DNA of 64,000 nucleotides from an uncultured Sulfurimonas sp. (lineage in GTDB: Bacteria; Campylobacterota; Campylobacteria; Campylobacterales; Sulfurimonadaceae). Below the pieces are notes generated by a model that was not told the origin of the DNA, made no database searches, and worked only from the letters and a program-made list of their open reading frames with translations. The stretch covers positions 941,781 to 1,005,780 of the forward strand of contig OY759725.1 of NCBI GenBank assembly GCA_963662755.1, in the 5' to 3' direction. The position numbers were made by a program, and so were the translations under genes. Every line of letters starts with the position of its first letter. The first letter of the stretch is position 1. This document shows positions 8,760 to 17,730 of this stretch, piece after piece.

Positions 8760-11700
8760 TTAGAGCATTTTTTTTCTTTTAGATTCAAATTTTTTAAAAC
8801 TTTTTATCATGTTATTGCTTAGCTCTTTTATCTCTTTTTTAAGAGTAGCCAAATCCTCTTTTTTACCATCTTGATGATTATTTATAATAACATTTATTCT
8901 CTTATGCATAAGCAAATGTGATTTTTCAAGTTCTTGAAATTCAACAACATCTTCATAACTCTTTTGAGTGCTCTCATAAAGCCACTCACCAAAACGACAT
9001 TCACAATGATTCAAATTTGGCGATATTCTAATCTTATCTTCAAGATATAATAAAACACTTTTTATCCAAGCTTTGTGCTCAGTAAGAGCATAAACTAGAG
9101 GTAAATCATCACTACTTATCGCAAGAGTATTTTTCCATATCTCATCTGTTTTATAACTTTTAATCCAATCAAAAATATACTCAGGAGCCATTGGACGAGC
9201 TATAGCGTATCCTTGAGCTTTTTCACACCCAAGCTTAAGTAACAACTCTCCATGTTCTATAGTTTCAACACCCTCAGCAATAACTTCACGTCTAAAAGCA
9301 CGAGAGAGTCCAAGAACACCATCTAAAATAGCTAAATCATCAGAATCTTCTAACATACCTCGTACAAAACTTTGGTCTATTTTTAACTCTTTTGCAGGAA
9401 GACGTTTTAGATATGTAAGTGATGAATAACCTGTTCCAAAGTCATCAAGTGAAAAGGAGATGCCCATCTCTCTACAAGTTTGCATAATTTGTGAGATATG
9501 GACAATATCCTCTAAAGCACTTGTTTCTAAAATCTCAAGCACAACATCCGTAGGCTTTACAGTTGGATATTTTACAAGAAGATTTTTTAATTGTTCTATA
9601 AAATTGTTTTGTTGAAGTTGCATAGCATCTACATTTATACTAATTGGAATATTAATTCCCTTAGATTTAAACTCTTGTATCTGCTTCATCGCTCTATCTA
9701 AAACCCACTCTCCAAGTTTTACACAAAGAATATTTCCCTCTATCACAGGTAAAAATAGTGCTGGTGCAAGGATCCCTCGTTTTGGATGATTCCATCTTAT
9801 GAGGGCTTCTGCACCTATGACTTCATCTGTTTTCATATTTACTTTTGGTTGGTAGTAAAGCAAAAACTCATCATTTAACAAAGCCATTTCTATCTCTTTT
9901 AGGCTCTCATGATGCGTTCTTATCTTTTTATCTTTTAAAGAATCAAAAATATGATAACGATTTTTACCTAGAAGTTTTGCTTGGTACATTGCCTGATCTG
10001 CTTGACGAAGCAGTTGGTCTGCATCTAGTTTATCATCTTTATCAAAAAAGGTAACACCCAAACTAGCTGTTACTTGCATCTCGATATCGTCTATTGTTAC
10101 CTTTTTAGAACTTGCTTCTAAAAGACGGTTTAGCATTGGTACACTATCTTCATGTGTTTTTAAGTCAAGAAGAACTACTACAAATTCATCTCCACCTAAA
10201 CGAGCAATAGTATCACCCTCTCGAAGAGACTTTTTCATATACTCAGATATTAAGCTTAAAAATTTATCTCCATATTCATGTCCATAACTATCATTGATAT
10301 CTTTAAATCCATCAAGGTCGATATAAACTACACCAAAAGACAACTTATGTCTGCGAGATTGAGCCAATGCTTGATTCATTCTATCTGAAAAAAGCACACG
10401 ATTTGCAAGACCTGTAAGAGCATCATAGTGTGCGATGTATTCTAAATGCTTTTGTTGCAGTTGCCTTTGAGTTATATCTGTAGCTAAACCAACTATACAA
10501 ACCTCATCTTCTGCAACTTCTACTTTTACTTTTTTTATTTCTAAGATATGATCTTGACCATCCGTAAAAGGAATCACCTCTTGTGAAATATGCACTCCAG
10601 ATTCAAGTAACACACACTCAGCATCAGATTTTAAACAATTAGGCGACACATCTTCAGGAAGCAAGTTTGCGTATTTTGTAGATAAAAATTCTTCTTCACT
10701 TATACCTGTTGCTTCACAAAAAGTATTGTTTACAAACTTCATTTGACCATCAGATGAACTCATCCAGATGCCAATTGGCGCATTATCTAAGATTACTTCT
10801 AGCATTAAGCGTTCATTTTTAAGAGCATTTGAAATATTTCTATACTCTGTTATATCACGCGATACCCCAAGAACACCTATGAGATTTCCATCGCTATCTC
10901 TCATAGCAGTTCTTGTAGTTTGGAGAATCTCTTTATGTCCATCAACTACAAAACTAATTTCTTCTTCATTTACCTGTAACTTATCACTTTGTATCGCTTC
11001 ATTATCGTTTTTACGAAAAAAATCAGCTAGTTCTTTATCTACAAAATCATAATCACTCTTACCAACTATATCTTCTTCTTTTGCACCAAAAAAACCTTCA
11101 AAACGTTTGTTGCAAGTAAGATAATGTCCATCCATATCTTTAAGCCAAATCAAGTCTGGCGCGGTTTGTATTAGTGTTTTAAGAAGATTTTTTTCATAAG
11201 AGAGTGCCTCTTGCATTTTTTTTCTGTTGTTAATATTGGCAATCAACTTTGCAAATAAATCAAGTAACTCTATCTCATCTTGAAAAAATTCATGTTTTTC
11301 TTTTACAGCATCAAAACCCACAAAACCGGTACAAACATCATCTTGCATCAAAGGTATTGTTAATAAACTTTTTATATCTTGAGGTAATAAAAGATTTTTA
11401 ATATTACCCTCAGGCATACTTAAAACATCCTCTATAAGTACATATTTTCTTTTACTATGAACTTCATACCATTCAAGCATTATATTTATGGAAAGATTTT
11501 GAAGTTTATCTTTTTTAGGTGCAATTTTATCCGCACACCACTCATAAGTATTTGAAGTTGTTTTATTTTTGATATCGTAATCAAAAATATAAGCTCTATC
11601 AACTCCAACAAAAGTAGCCATGCTCTCAAGTGAGTTTTTTATGGCTTCATCAACTTGTTCTGTTGTCACATTTATAAATGATGTTGAGAGTTTTAAAAGT

Positions 11701-12308
11701 AATTTTTTATATGAATCTTGATAATTTGCTTTTTTTTCAAAAAGTCTATGTGCTTTTAACTCACGCATTAAACTTAAAGCATTTGGAGACAAGGTGCTGT
11801 ATATGGATAAAATTATATCCATTAAAATACGGTTTGAACCGCCCATTTTATCACAAGCATAAGACTTTGCTTCTTCTATGCTTAGTCCATCTTGCAAAGC
11901 AAAAACAATATATGCCATATTGCGGTCTGCATCTAAGATATGAGAAGCAAGCCATTTTGCTAAAAAACTAAGAACTTCATCTGCTAATTTTGCAATAGGT
12001 TTATGATCTTCTTGGCTTTTTAGATAAGCTACCCTATCTATAAATTTTTGATGTACTTCTTCATGTTCTTTAAACATCTTTGTATCTGGGAGATATTTAT
12101 TCCAGATAGCCTCTTCTGTTTGAAAATGATACAATGCATATTTACTTAGCTCATCAAAAATTTCACTCAAGTCATTTTCACTTGATTCATAAGCTATATT
12201 TGTTGCTAATTTATTTAATATTCCGACTAATTTTCGATGCTGAGCATCTACTACATCAAGTCCTATACTAAAGTGTTCATTCCATGGGAATATATCTACT
12301 GATTGCAT
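8760..12308 (-). CDS. Hemerythrin-GAF-PAS-PAS-GGDEF-EAL-CZB cyclic-di-GMP signalling protein
   Basis: Hemerythrin ligands QHRKL, HFQTEE, HEEVH, WLASHILDAD; GGDEF intact; AEALIRW and DDFGTGYSSL; C-terminal HKAW..HCECRFGEWL..SHLLMH. Confidence 0.9.
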   Translation of the reverse strand: MQSVDIFPWNEHFSIGLDVVDAQHRKLVGILNKLATNIAYESSENDLSEIFDELSKYALYHFQTEEAIWNKYLPDTKMFKEHEEVHQKFIDRVAYLKSQEDHKPIAKLADEVLSFLAKWLASHILDADRNMAYIVFALQDGLSIEEAKSYACDKMGGSNRILMDIILSIYSTLSPNALSLMRELKAHRLFEKKANYQDSYKKLLLKLSTSFINVTTEQVDEAIKNSLESMATFVGVDRAYIFDYDIKNKTTSNTYEWCADKIAPKKDKLQNLSINIMLEWYEVHSKRKYVLIEDVLSMPEGNIKNLLLPQDIKSLLTIPLMQDDVCTGFVGFDAVKEKHEFFQDEIELLDLFAKLIANINNRKKMQEALSYEKNLLKTLIQTAPDLIWLKDMDGHYLTCNKRFEGFFGAKEEDIVGKSDYDFVDKELADFFRKNDNEAIQSDKLQVNEEEISFVVDGHKEILQTTRTAMRDSDGNLIGVLGVSRDITEYRNISNALKNERLMLEVILDNAPIGIWMSSSDGQMKFVNNTFCEATGISEEEFLSTKYANLLPEDVSPNCLKSDAECVLLESGVHISQEVIPFTDGQDHILEIKKVKVEVAEDEVCIVGLATDITQRQLQQKHLEYIAHYDALTGLANRVLFSDRMNQALAQSRRHKLSFGVVYIDLDGFKDINDSYGHEYGDKFLSLISEYMKKSLREGDTIARLGGDEFVVVLLDLKTHEDSVPMLNRLLEASSKKVTIDDIEMQVTASLGVTFFDKDDKLDADQLLRQADQAMYQAKLLGKNRYHIFDSLKDKKIRTHHESLKEIEMALLNDEFLLYYQPKVNMKTDEVIGAEALIRWNHPKRGILAPALFLPVIEGNILCVKLGEWVLDRAMKQIQEFKSKGINIPISINVDAMQLQQNNFIEQLKNLLVKYPTVKPTDVVLEILETSALEDIVHISQIMQTCREMGISFSLDDFGTGYSSLTYLKRLPAKELKIDQSFVRGMLEDSDDLAILDGVLGLSRAFRREVIAEGVETIEHGELLLKLGCEKAQGYAIARPMAPEYIFDWIKSYKTDEIWKNTLAISSDDLPLVYALTEHKAWIKSVLLYLEDKIRISPNLNHCECRFGEWLYESTQKSYEDVVEFQELEKSHLLMHKRINVIINNHQDGKKEDLATLKKEIKELSNNMIKSFKKFESKRKKML

Positions 12309-12371
12309 AATATTACTTTTTTTAAAAATATAAACAAGTTAGATATTAACACATTTAAATAAAATCATAGC

Positions 12372-14609
12372 TTACAGCTCTAAAAGAACAGTATCTCGCC
12401 TTGTTATTTCAAACTTTTTACAAGCACTCTCAAAAGCACCGCTCTCACCTATGAGTATACACTTATGTTTTGCTCTTGTAATTGCTGTATAGATTAGTTT
12501 AGTATTGTGCATAATGAAGTGAGAAAAACTCATAGGAATAACTACGATATCATACTCCATACCTTGAACTTTATGAATAGTTAAAGCGTAAGATAACATC
12601 AGATGCGACTTTATCTCTTCATACTCATAAACTACTACAACATCTTCATTTGGATAAAATACGAACACTTGCTCATCGTCTTCTTCTATCTTAAAAAGAA
12701 GTCCGCTCATACCGTTAAAGATGCGTCTTTGGTTTGAGTCTTCACCCATCTTAAATCCATCACCACTCCATGAAGTCATGTTTTCATTTTTAGTGTGAAC
12801 TACCTTATCCATAAGTCTAAATTCACTACCGCCTTTTTTAACGCACTTTTTAGGATTTGGGTTGAAGTACTCTTGTAAAACTGTGTTAAGATTGTTTGAA
12901 CCAAGTGTTCCGCCCTTCATAGGTGTGATGACTTGAAAGTAGTTTAGATACTCTTTTATCTGCTTATTTTTAAGTCTATATCTTGCTTTTTCAACTGACT
13001 CTACAACTTTATGAACTATCTCTGTAACTATCTCATGAGCATTTTTTTCTCTTAAATTTTGTTGTTCTTGCGTAGAGAGTTGATTTTTTATAGCATAGTA
13101 GTTCTGGATGCTAATATCTATAAACTCAAAATCCTCGTAAGGGAGTTTATATTCAGGAACTTCTCCCTTGCGGATATCATTTGCTATTAAAGTTATAGCT
13201 TGGTCTTCGCTTTGTCTATAAATCTTTGTAAGTTTAACTATGGGAGCTAACTCCAAAGTAAGAACATCACTTAAAACATTTCCCGCACCAATAGGAGGAA
13301 GCTGTGCATCATCTCCAACAACTATAACGATAGCATCTCTATGAACCTTAGCCATAAGTCTTGCAAAAAGCGAAGAGTTAATCATAGATGCTTCATCTAT
13401 CAAAACAACTTTAAAAGGAAAATCATCTCTATCTTCATACTTAACTAAAAGAGACTGTATAGTCGCACTCTCATAACCGGTTGTATCTGCTATGCGCTGA
13501 GATGCGATGCCACTTAAGGCACAAGTCATTATCTCTTTTTCATCATATCTTGTATTTAAAAGTTCTAAAATTGTCTTTGAAGTTGTACTCTTACCCGTTC
13601 CTGCGTAACCAACTAAAAATAGTATAGATGCACCCTCGTTTATCTTAGCAACTGCTTCTCTTTGTTGCTCTCCAAGTTTTAACTCTTTTGTTGCCAAAAA
13701 TTCATCTAAGTTCTTAACAAATCCACCACTATCTTTTTTAGCTCTTGTGCTAAATGTATCGTGCAAATACTTCTCTGCATCATAGAGTCTTGCGGGAGAA
13801 ACTCTATCGTTTTTCATTATAACTATGCTTTGCTCACTAACTCTTTCTATAAGTGCTGCTTCATAAAGATTTTGTTTGTCGTTAAAACCTAGAAGTTCAT
13901 TTAGTCCTGAGAAAAGTATATCTTTTGCAACACAGCTATTTCCTTGCTGTTCACAGTAGTTCATAAGAACATAATCCATTGCTGAGCTGATGCGGTTTTC
14001 ATCTTCTGGAGTTACCCCCATTTTAAGTGCAAGTTCATCTGCTCGCTTAAAGCCTATGGAGTTTATGGAAGTTAAAATGTAAGGATTTTCTTTTATTTTA
14101 GTACATGGTTCATCTACATCTTTCATAGCAGATGCTATGGTTGTTAAAAGTGCTTGAGAGACATCATAAGGGCTTAAAAACTCACCTAGTTTTCTCATGG
14201 AGCGAAACTTCTTCCATGAAGTTTGAATCTTTTTAAGACGCTTTTCTTTGATACCTTTAAACTCTAAAAGTCGCTCTATATCATTGTCTAAAATATCTAT
14301 GAGTTTTTCATTACCAAAATGCTCTATAAGTTCGCTTGAGAGTTTTTTTGTAAAACCTTTTACGATTTTATTTAAAAAGAAAAATAGTTGATTTTGATTT
14401 ACTTTGATGGAGTCAAATTTAAAAGTCTTACCATACTTTTTATGTTCTTCCCAAAAGCCACTAAGAGTTATGGCAGAACCTTTTATATGAGAGACTTCAC
14501 TCTCTAAGTAAGTACCACTTATCTTTTCACCTGTTTTTAAAACAGCAATGAAAAACCCCTCATCTTCAAATAAAATTCGATCTATTTGACCAATGAGAGT
14601 TGTACTCAA
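12372..14609 (-). CDS. recD2: ATP-dependent RecD2-like DNA helicase (SF1B)
   Basis: TTG start; N-terminal OB/HhH region, Walker A GYAGTGKST, IDEASM, GDDAQLPPIG and YALTIHKVQGMEY. Confidence 0.92.
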   Translation of the reverse strand: MSTTLIGQIDRILFEDEGFFIAVLKTGEKISGTYLESEVSHIKGSAITLSGFWEEHKKYGKTFKFDSIKVNQNQLFFFLNKIVKGFTKKLSSELIEHFGNEKLIDILDNDIERLLEFKGIKEKRLKKIQTSWKKFRSMRKLGEFLSPYDVSQALLTTIASAMKDVDEPCTKIKENPYILTSINSIGFKRADELALKMGVTPEDENRISSAMDYVLMNYCEQQGNSCVAKDILFSGLNELLGFNDKQNLYEAALIERVSEQSIVIMKNDRVSPARLYDAEKYLHDTFSTRAKKDSGGFVKNLDEFLATKELKLGEQQREAVAKINEGASILFLVGYAGTGKSTTSKTILELLNTRYDEKEIMTCALSGIASQRIADTTGYESATIQSLLVKYEDRDDFPFKVVLIDEASMINSSLFARLMAKVHRDAIVIVVGDDAQLPPIGAGNVLSDVLTLELAPIVKLTKIYRQSEDQAITLIANDIRKGEVPEYKLPYEDFEFIDISIQNYYAIKNQLSTQEQQNLREKNAHEIVTEIVHKVVESVEKARYRLKNKQIKEYLNYFQVITPMKGGTLGSNNLNTVLQEYFNPNPKKCVKKGGSEFRLMDKVVHTKNENMTSWSGDGFKMGEDSNQRRIFNGMSGLLFKIEEDDEQVFVFYPNEDVVVVYEYEEIKSHLMLSYALTIHKVQGMEYDIVVIPMSFSHFIMHNTKLIYTAITRAKHKCILIGESGAFESACKKFEITRRDTVLLEL

Positions 14610-15497
14610 CTACTCAATCTCCAAAGCTTTATCAACACAAGCTTTTAGAGAAGTATTCTCTGCTATAAAAGGTTTTATATACTCTGGAAAATACTTTGCT
14701 GTTGTTTTTCCTATGGAAATAGCCTTATAGGAGTTATCCCATGAATAAACTTTAAAAAAGTATTTTATTGTTGATGGTGATGAGAAAATAATTTTAGAGT
14801 TTTTTGGTAAAACTTTTTTTTCATCTTGTTCTTTAAAATTATTTTCATAAACAATAACATCATCACACTCAATGCCATTGCTATTTAAAATATTTATCAA
14901 ATCCGAAACTACTTCTCTAGCTCTTATATATAAAACTCTTTTTCCTTTAAGCTCTGGCAAAATTTCATAAGCAAACTCATCTCCATGCCTTTTTTTACTA
15001 GAAAACTCAAGTTTTCCATTAAAGTCCTTAATGAGTTTTGCAGTTTGTTCTGAAATAGCATAAGAAGGGATTTTTCTCCACTCTTTATTTATAGACTCAA
15101 CTGCTAAAACACCATTTTTTGAGCTAAAAATAAGTGCATCATATTTTGAAAAATCTATATACTGTTTTATATATTTTATTTCAAAAAGAGGTATATTTTT
15201 TGCAAATTTTACTTTTTCATCGTTTAATAAGTAGATGTTTTGTTTTTTATATTCCATATATTTTAAAAGTTTTTGAAAGTTTTTTCTTAAAGAGAATTTT
15301 TGTTTTGCAAAGGCTATAGACTTATCTTTTAAAACTTTAAATTGAATATTTTGTTTTGTTAAATGGTAAGTGATTTTAAAAAACTCAAGTTCTATAAATC
15401 TGTTTGAATACTTTGTATCATAAAAGAGAGTCTTTGTTTTTTTGTCGTATTCGTAGTATATTAAGTTTAACGGATTGATTATTTTTTGTATATTCAC
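14610..15497 (-). CDS. hemD: Uroporphyrinogen-III synthase with an N-terminal extension of about 85 aa
   Basis: LIFSSKNGV, IVYEN, IIFSSPSTIKYF and ISIGKTTA HemD motifs; GTG start after ggagag. Confidence 0.8.
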   Translation of the reverse strand: MNIQKIINPLNLIYYEYDKKTKTLFYDTKYSNRFIELEFFKITYHLTKQNIQFKVLKDKSIAFAKQKFSLRKNFQKLLKYMEYKKQNIYLLNDEKVKFAKNIPLFEIKYIKQYIDFSKYDALIFSSKNGVLAVESINKEWRKIPSYAISEQTAKLIKDFNGKLEFSSKKRHGDEFAYEILPELKGKRVLYIRAREVVSDLINILNSNGIECDDVIVYENNFKEQDEKKVLPKNSKIIFSSPSTIKYFFKVYSWDNSYKAISIGKTTAKYFPEYIKPFIAENTSLKACVDKALEIE

Positions 15498-15513
15498 AAC
15501 TCTCTCCCAAATA

Positions 15514-15534
15514 AAGTGTTACATTATAACACTT
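15514..15534 (-). promoter_or_regulatory. hemD promoter -10 (TATAAT at 15529-15524) embedded in an inverted repeat (possible operator)
   Basis: AAGTGTTA-catta-TAACACTT, a perfect 8-bp inverted repeat overlapping TATAAT. Confidence 0.5.
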
Positions 15535-15584
15535 CATTAGTAATCAATTCTAACTAAAAATTTTGAATATACAAATCAATATGC

Positions 15585-15590
15585 TATAAT
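15585..15590 (+). promoter_or_regulatory. Extended -10 promoter (tgcTATAAT) for the putative antisense RNA
   Basis: Perfect TGnTATAAT with no plus-strand gene downstream; points across the small minus-strand ORF. Confidence 0.6.
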
Positions 15591-15596
15591 TTTGGC

Positions 15597-15740
15597 AGTT
15601 GGGACAATTGAGGAGCGCTAACTCCCCAAAAGCTTTTAATATAATCTTAATTCTATGAGAACTAAAATTATAACAATTACGAATGCTAGTCGCATTGTTA
15701 CATCCTTTAGTTAAAGGCTGACCCTGTCCCACCTTCCACC
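15597..15740 (+). ncRNA. Putative cis-antisense antitoxin RNA (Sib/IsoA-like); ends approximate
   Basis: Would start about 6 nt after TATAAT and cover the toxin ORF and its SD; gggaca (15601-06) can pair with tgtccc (15725-30). Confidence 0.45.
15636..15695 (-). CDS. Putative type I toxin, 19-aa Ibs-like hydrophobic peptide MRLAFVIVIILVLIELRLY (missing from the ORF track)
   Basis: AAAGGA SD 7 nt upstream of ATG at 15695; TAA at 15638-15636; hydrophobic core; length and composition resemble E. coli Ibs peptides. Confidence 0.65.
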   Translation of the reverse strand: MRLAFVIVIILVLIELRLY

Positions 15741-15781
15741 TTACAATGCCAAAATCATCATAACCGCCAACTGACAATATG

Positions 15782-15787
15782 ATTCTA
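15782..15787 (-). promoter_or_regulatory. -10 element (TAGAAT) for the putative toxin mRNA
   Basis: TAGAAT lies 6 nt before G15775, where the terminal inverted repeat begins, and downstream of the glyQ terminator. Confidence 0.5.
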
Positions 15788-15811
15788 GTACAATTTTTAT
15801 AGATTATCTAA

Positions 15812-15834
15812 ATATATGACAAATTGTCATATAT
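15812..15834 (-). terminator. Hairpin after glyQ, probable terminator
   Basis: atatatgacaa-a-ttgtcatatat inverted repeat immediately after the glyQ stop. Confidence 0.55.
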
Positions 15835-16716
15835 CTAAGCTTTTACCCTCTTGATTCTATCGGCTTCTTGAGCTTTATAAAGCTCTGCACACCCTTTTGA
15901 GAGGTCACGGATTTTAAGAATGTAGTTTTGTCTCTCAGTTTGTGAGATGGCTTTTCTAGCATCTAGGACATTAAATGTGTTAGATGCTAACATACAAAGG
16001 TCATAAGCAGGAAGAGGAAGTTCAGCCTCCAATGCTCTTTGACACTCTTGAGCTTTTGCATTAAAATCAGCAAAAAGCATATCTGTATCTGCTACTTCAA
16101 AGTTGTACTTTGAAAACTCTATCTCGCTCTCTTTATGGACATCTTTGTAAAGTGTTTTTCCATGTTCGTTCTCACCCCACACAATATCAAAAACATTATC
16201 AACACCTTGAAGATACATCGCAAGTCTCTCAGTTCCATAAGTAATCTCAACAGCTACAGGGTTACACTCGATGCCACCAACTTGTTGAAAGTAAGTAAAC
16301 TGAGTAACTTCCATACCATTTAACCATACTTCCCAGCCAAGACCCCAAGCACCCAAAGTTGGAGATTCCCAATTGTCCTCTACAAAACGAATATCGTGCT
16401 GTGAAACATCAAGACCTAAATACTCTAATGATTTTAAGTAGAGCTCTTGAATGTTATCTGGAGATGGTTTGATAAGTGCTTGAAATTGATAGTATGAACC
16501 AAGTCTATTTGGGTTTTCACCATACCTTCCATCCGTTGGACGACGTGATGGTGCTACATAAGCAACTGACCAAGGTTGTGAATCTAGTGAACGTAAAAAA
16601 GTAGCTGGATGAAATGTTCCTGCACCTGCTGGGATATCGTAAGGCTGAACTATATTACACCCTTGTTTCATCCAAAATTCTTGAAGTTTTAGTAGCATCT
16701 CGCTAAATGTTATCAT
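15835..16716 (-). CDS. glyQ: Glycine-tRNA ligase alpha subunit
   Basis: [42 protein letters not shown] and [12 protein letters not shown]; start moved to MITFSE at 16716. Confidence 0.97.
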   Translation of the reverse strand: MITFSEMLLKLQEFWMKQGCNIVQPYDIPAGAGTFHPATFLRSLDSQPWSVAYVAPSRRPTDGRYGENPNRLGSYYQFQALIKPSPDNIQELYLKSLEYLGLDVSQHDIRFVEDNWESPTLGAWGLGWEVWLNGMEVTQFTYFQQVGGIECNPVAVEITYGTERLAMYLQGVDNVFDIVWGENEHGKTLYKDVHKESEIEFSKYNFEVADTDMLFADFNAKAQECQRALEAELPLPAYDLCMLASNTFNVLDARKAISQTERQNYILKIRDLSKGCAELYKAQEADRIKRVKA

Positions 16717-16751
16717 ATCAAAAGTACCTTTTCTTATTTGTTTATTTTTCT

Positions 16752-16856
16752 CTCGTTCCATCCTCTCCTGAGGTGGAATGCATACCAGAAGCAAGCTCAT
16801 AGATGCTAACCTCGTCACACCTCAGAAGAGGTGTGACGAGGTTATATGGCGAGGTT
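16752..16856. repeat. REP-doublet-like palindromic cluster
   Basis: Perfect 16-bp inverted repeat 16808-16823/16828-16843 plus a related imperfect hairpin 16752-16786. Confidence 0.55.
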
Positions 16857-16872
16857 AAAAAACTGTTTGCAA

Positions 16873-17730
16873 TTATACCATTTTACAAACTATATCGCCC
16901 ACTTCTTTATTTAAAGAGTTTGCAACAACATCGCATTTTACTTTAAGTAAAAAACAGATATTTTTTTTATGAGATTCACTCATACACTCATAGTTTCCCA
17001 TACCTTTAGATATAACTAAATCAACCGAGTCAAAAAGTTTTTTTGATTTTTCATTTGCTCTTGTATATGCAAAGCCAGGAGTATTTACTCCACTATCTAC
17101 TAAAGAGCAAAGTTTATCAAAGCCAGCTTCTTTTGCCTCTTTCATAGTCACATCGTTTATGATTGGATTGCCTCTGACCATGTAAGAGTATGAAGCATCT
17201 GGATACAACTCTTTTAAAGTCTCTATAAAAAGATAATCAAAAATATGTTCACCAACATTATCACCTATGATTAAAACAGTTTTTGCAGATGCCAAATTTT
17301 CTTTAAATTTTTCAAAATCACTATCTGCAAATTCAGTGTAAAATACTTTTGATAACTCCTCTTCTAAGTCAAACTCAACTGCGGCGGCCAAGTCTATAAC
17401 ATTTCCTGCAACAGCAGTCTTTGTAGCAGTTAAAAGTTTATCTTCAGAGTTAAAAATAGTTTCTTTTACAAGAGGAATAAACGAGAGTGCTTTTTTAGTT
17501 GATAGAGCTTTTACTTCATCATAAAGATCAGTTTTATTGGCTATTTCAGCCATTTTTTCATAAACATTAGATGCTATTTCAGGTGGAGTTTCATCATAAG
17601 AGAAAGCTAAACTCATCTCTTTAACTCTAGAAGTAATTTTGTCTTTTAAAGAGTCGTTTGCGTTTATGGCTTCTGATACTTTAACACTTTGATTTATGAT
17701 GCAATCAACACAGGTTTCATTTATTTTCAT
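16873..17730 (-). CDS. Damage-control phosphatase, ARMT1/DUF89 family
   Basis: CVDC, AVAGNVID, IGDNVGEHIFD, PIINDVT, SKGMGNYE and KVKC motifs. Confidence 0.9.
   Translation of the reverse strand: MKINETCVDCIINQSVKVSEAINANDSLKDKITSRVKEMSLAFSYDETPPEIASNVYEKMAEIANKTDLYDEVKALSTKKALSFIPLVKETIFNSEDKLLTATKTAVAGNVIDLAAAVEFDLEEELSKVFYTEFADSDFEKFKENLASAKTVLIIGDNVGEHIFDYLFIETLKELYPDASYSYMVRGNPIINDVTMKEAKEAGFDKLCSLVDSGVNTPGFAYTRANEKSKKLFDSVDLVISKGMGNYECMSESHKKNICFLLKVKCDVVANSLNKEVGDIVCKMV

Noticed and set aside
15655-15714. Plus-strand 19-aa Thr/Ile-rich ORF (MRTKIITITNASRIVTSFS) resembling an attenuator leader
   Set aside because: No SD and no downstream plus-strand biosynthetic gene; the composition is explained as the antisense of the hydrophobic ORF.
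15594-15775. 6S RNA interpretation of the roughly 180-nt end-paired region
   Set aside because: I could not fold it into one long rod with a central bubble, and an SD-led hydrophobic ORF with convergent promoters fits a type I TA locus better. An Rfam search would settle it.
15550-15777. 75-aa ORF from the track (MSVGGYDD...)
   Set aside because: No SD and no recognisable protein features; it overlaps a better-supported 19-aa ORF in another frame and the hemD upstream region.
16717-16818. N-terminal extension of GlyQ in the track, and a possible T-box leader
   Set aside because: GlyQ homology starts at MITFSE; the extension reads through palindromic repeats; no T-box consensus was seen.
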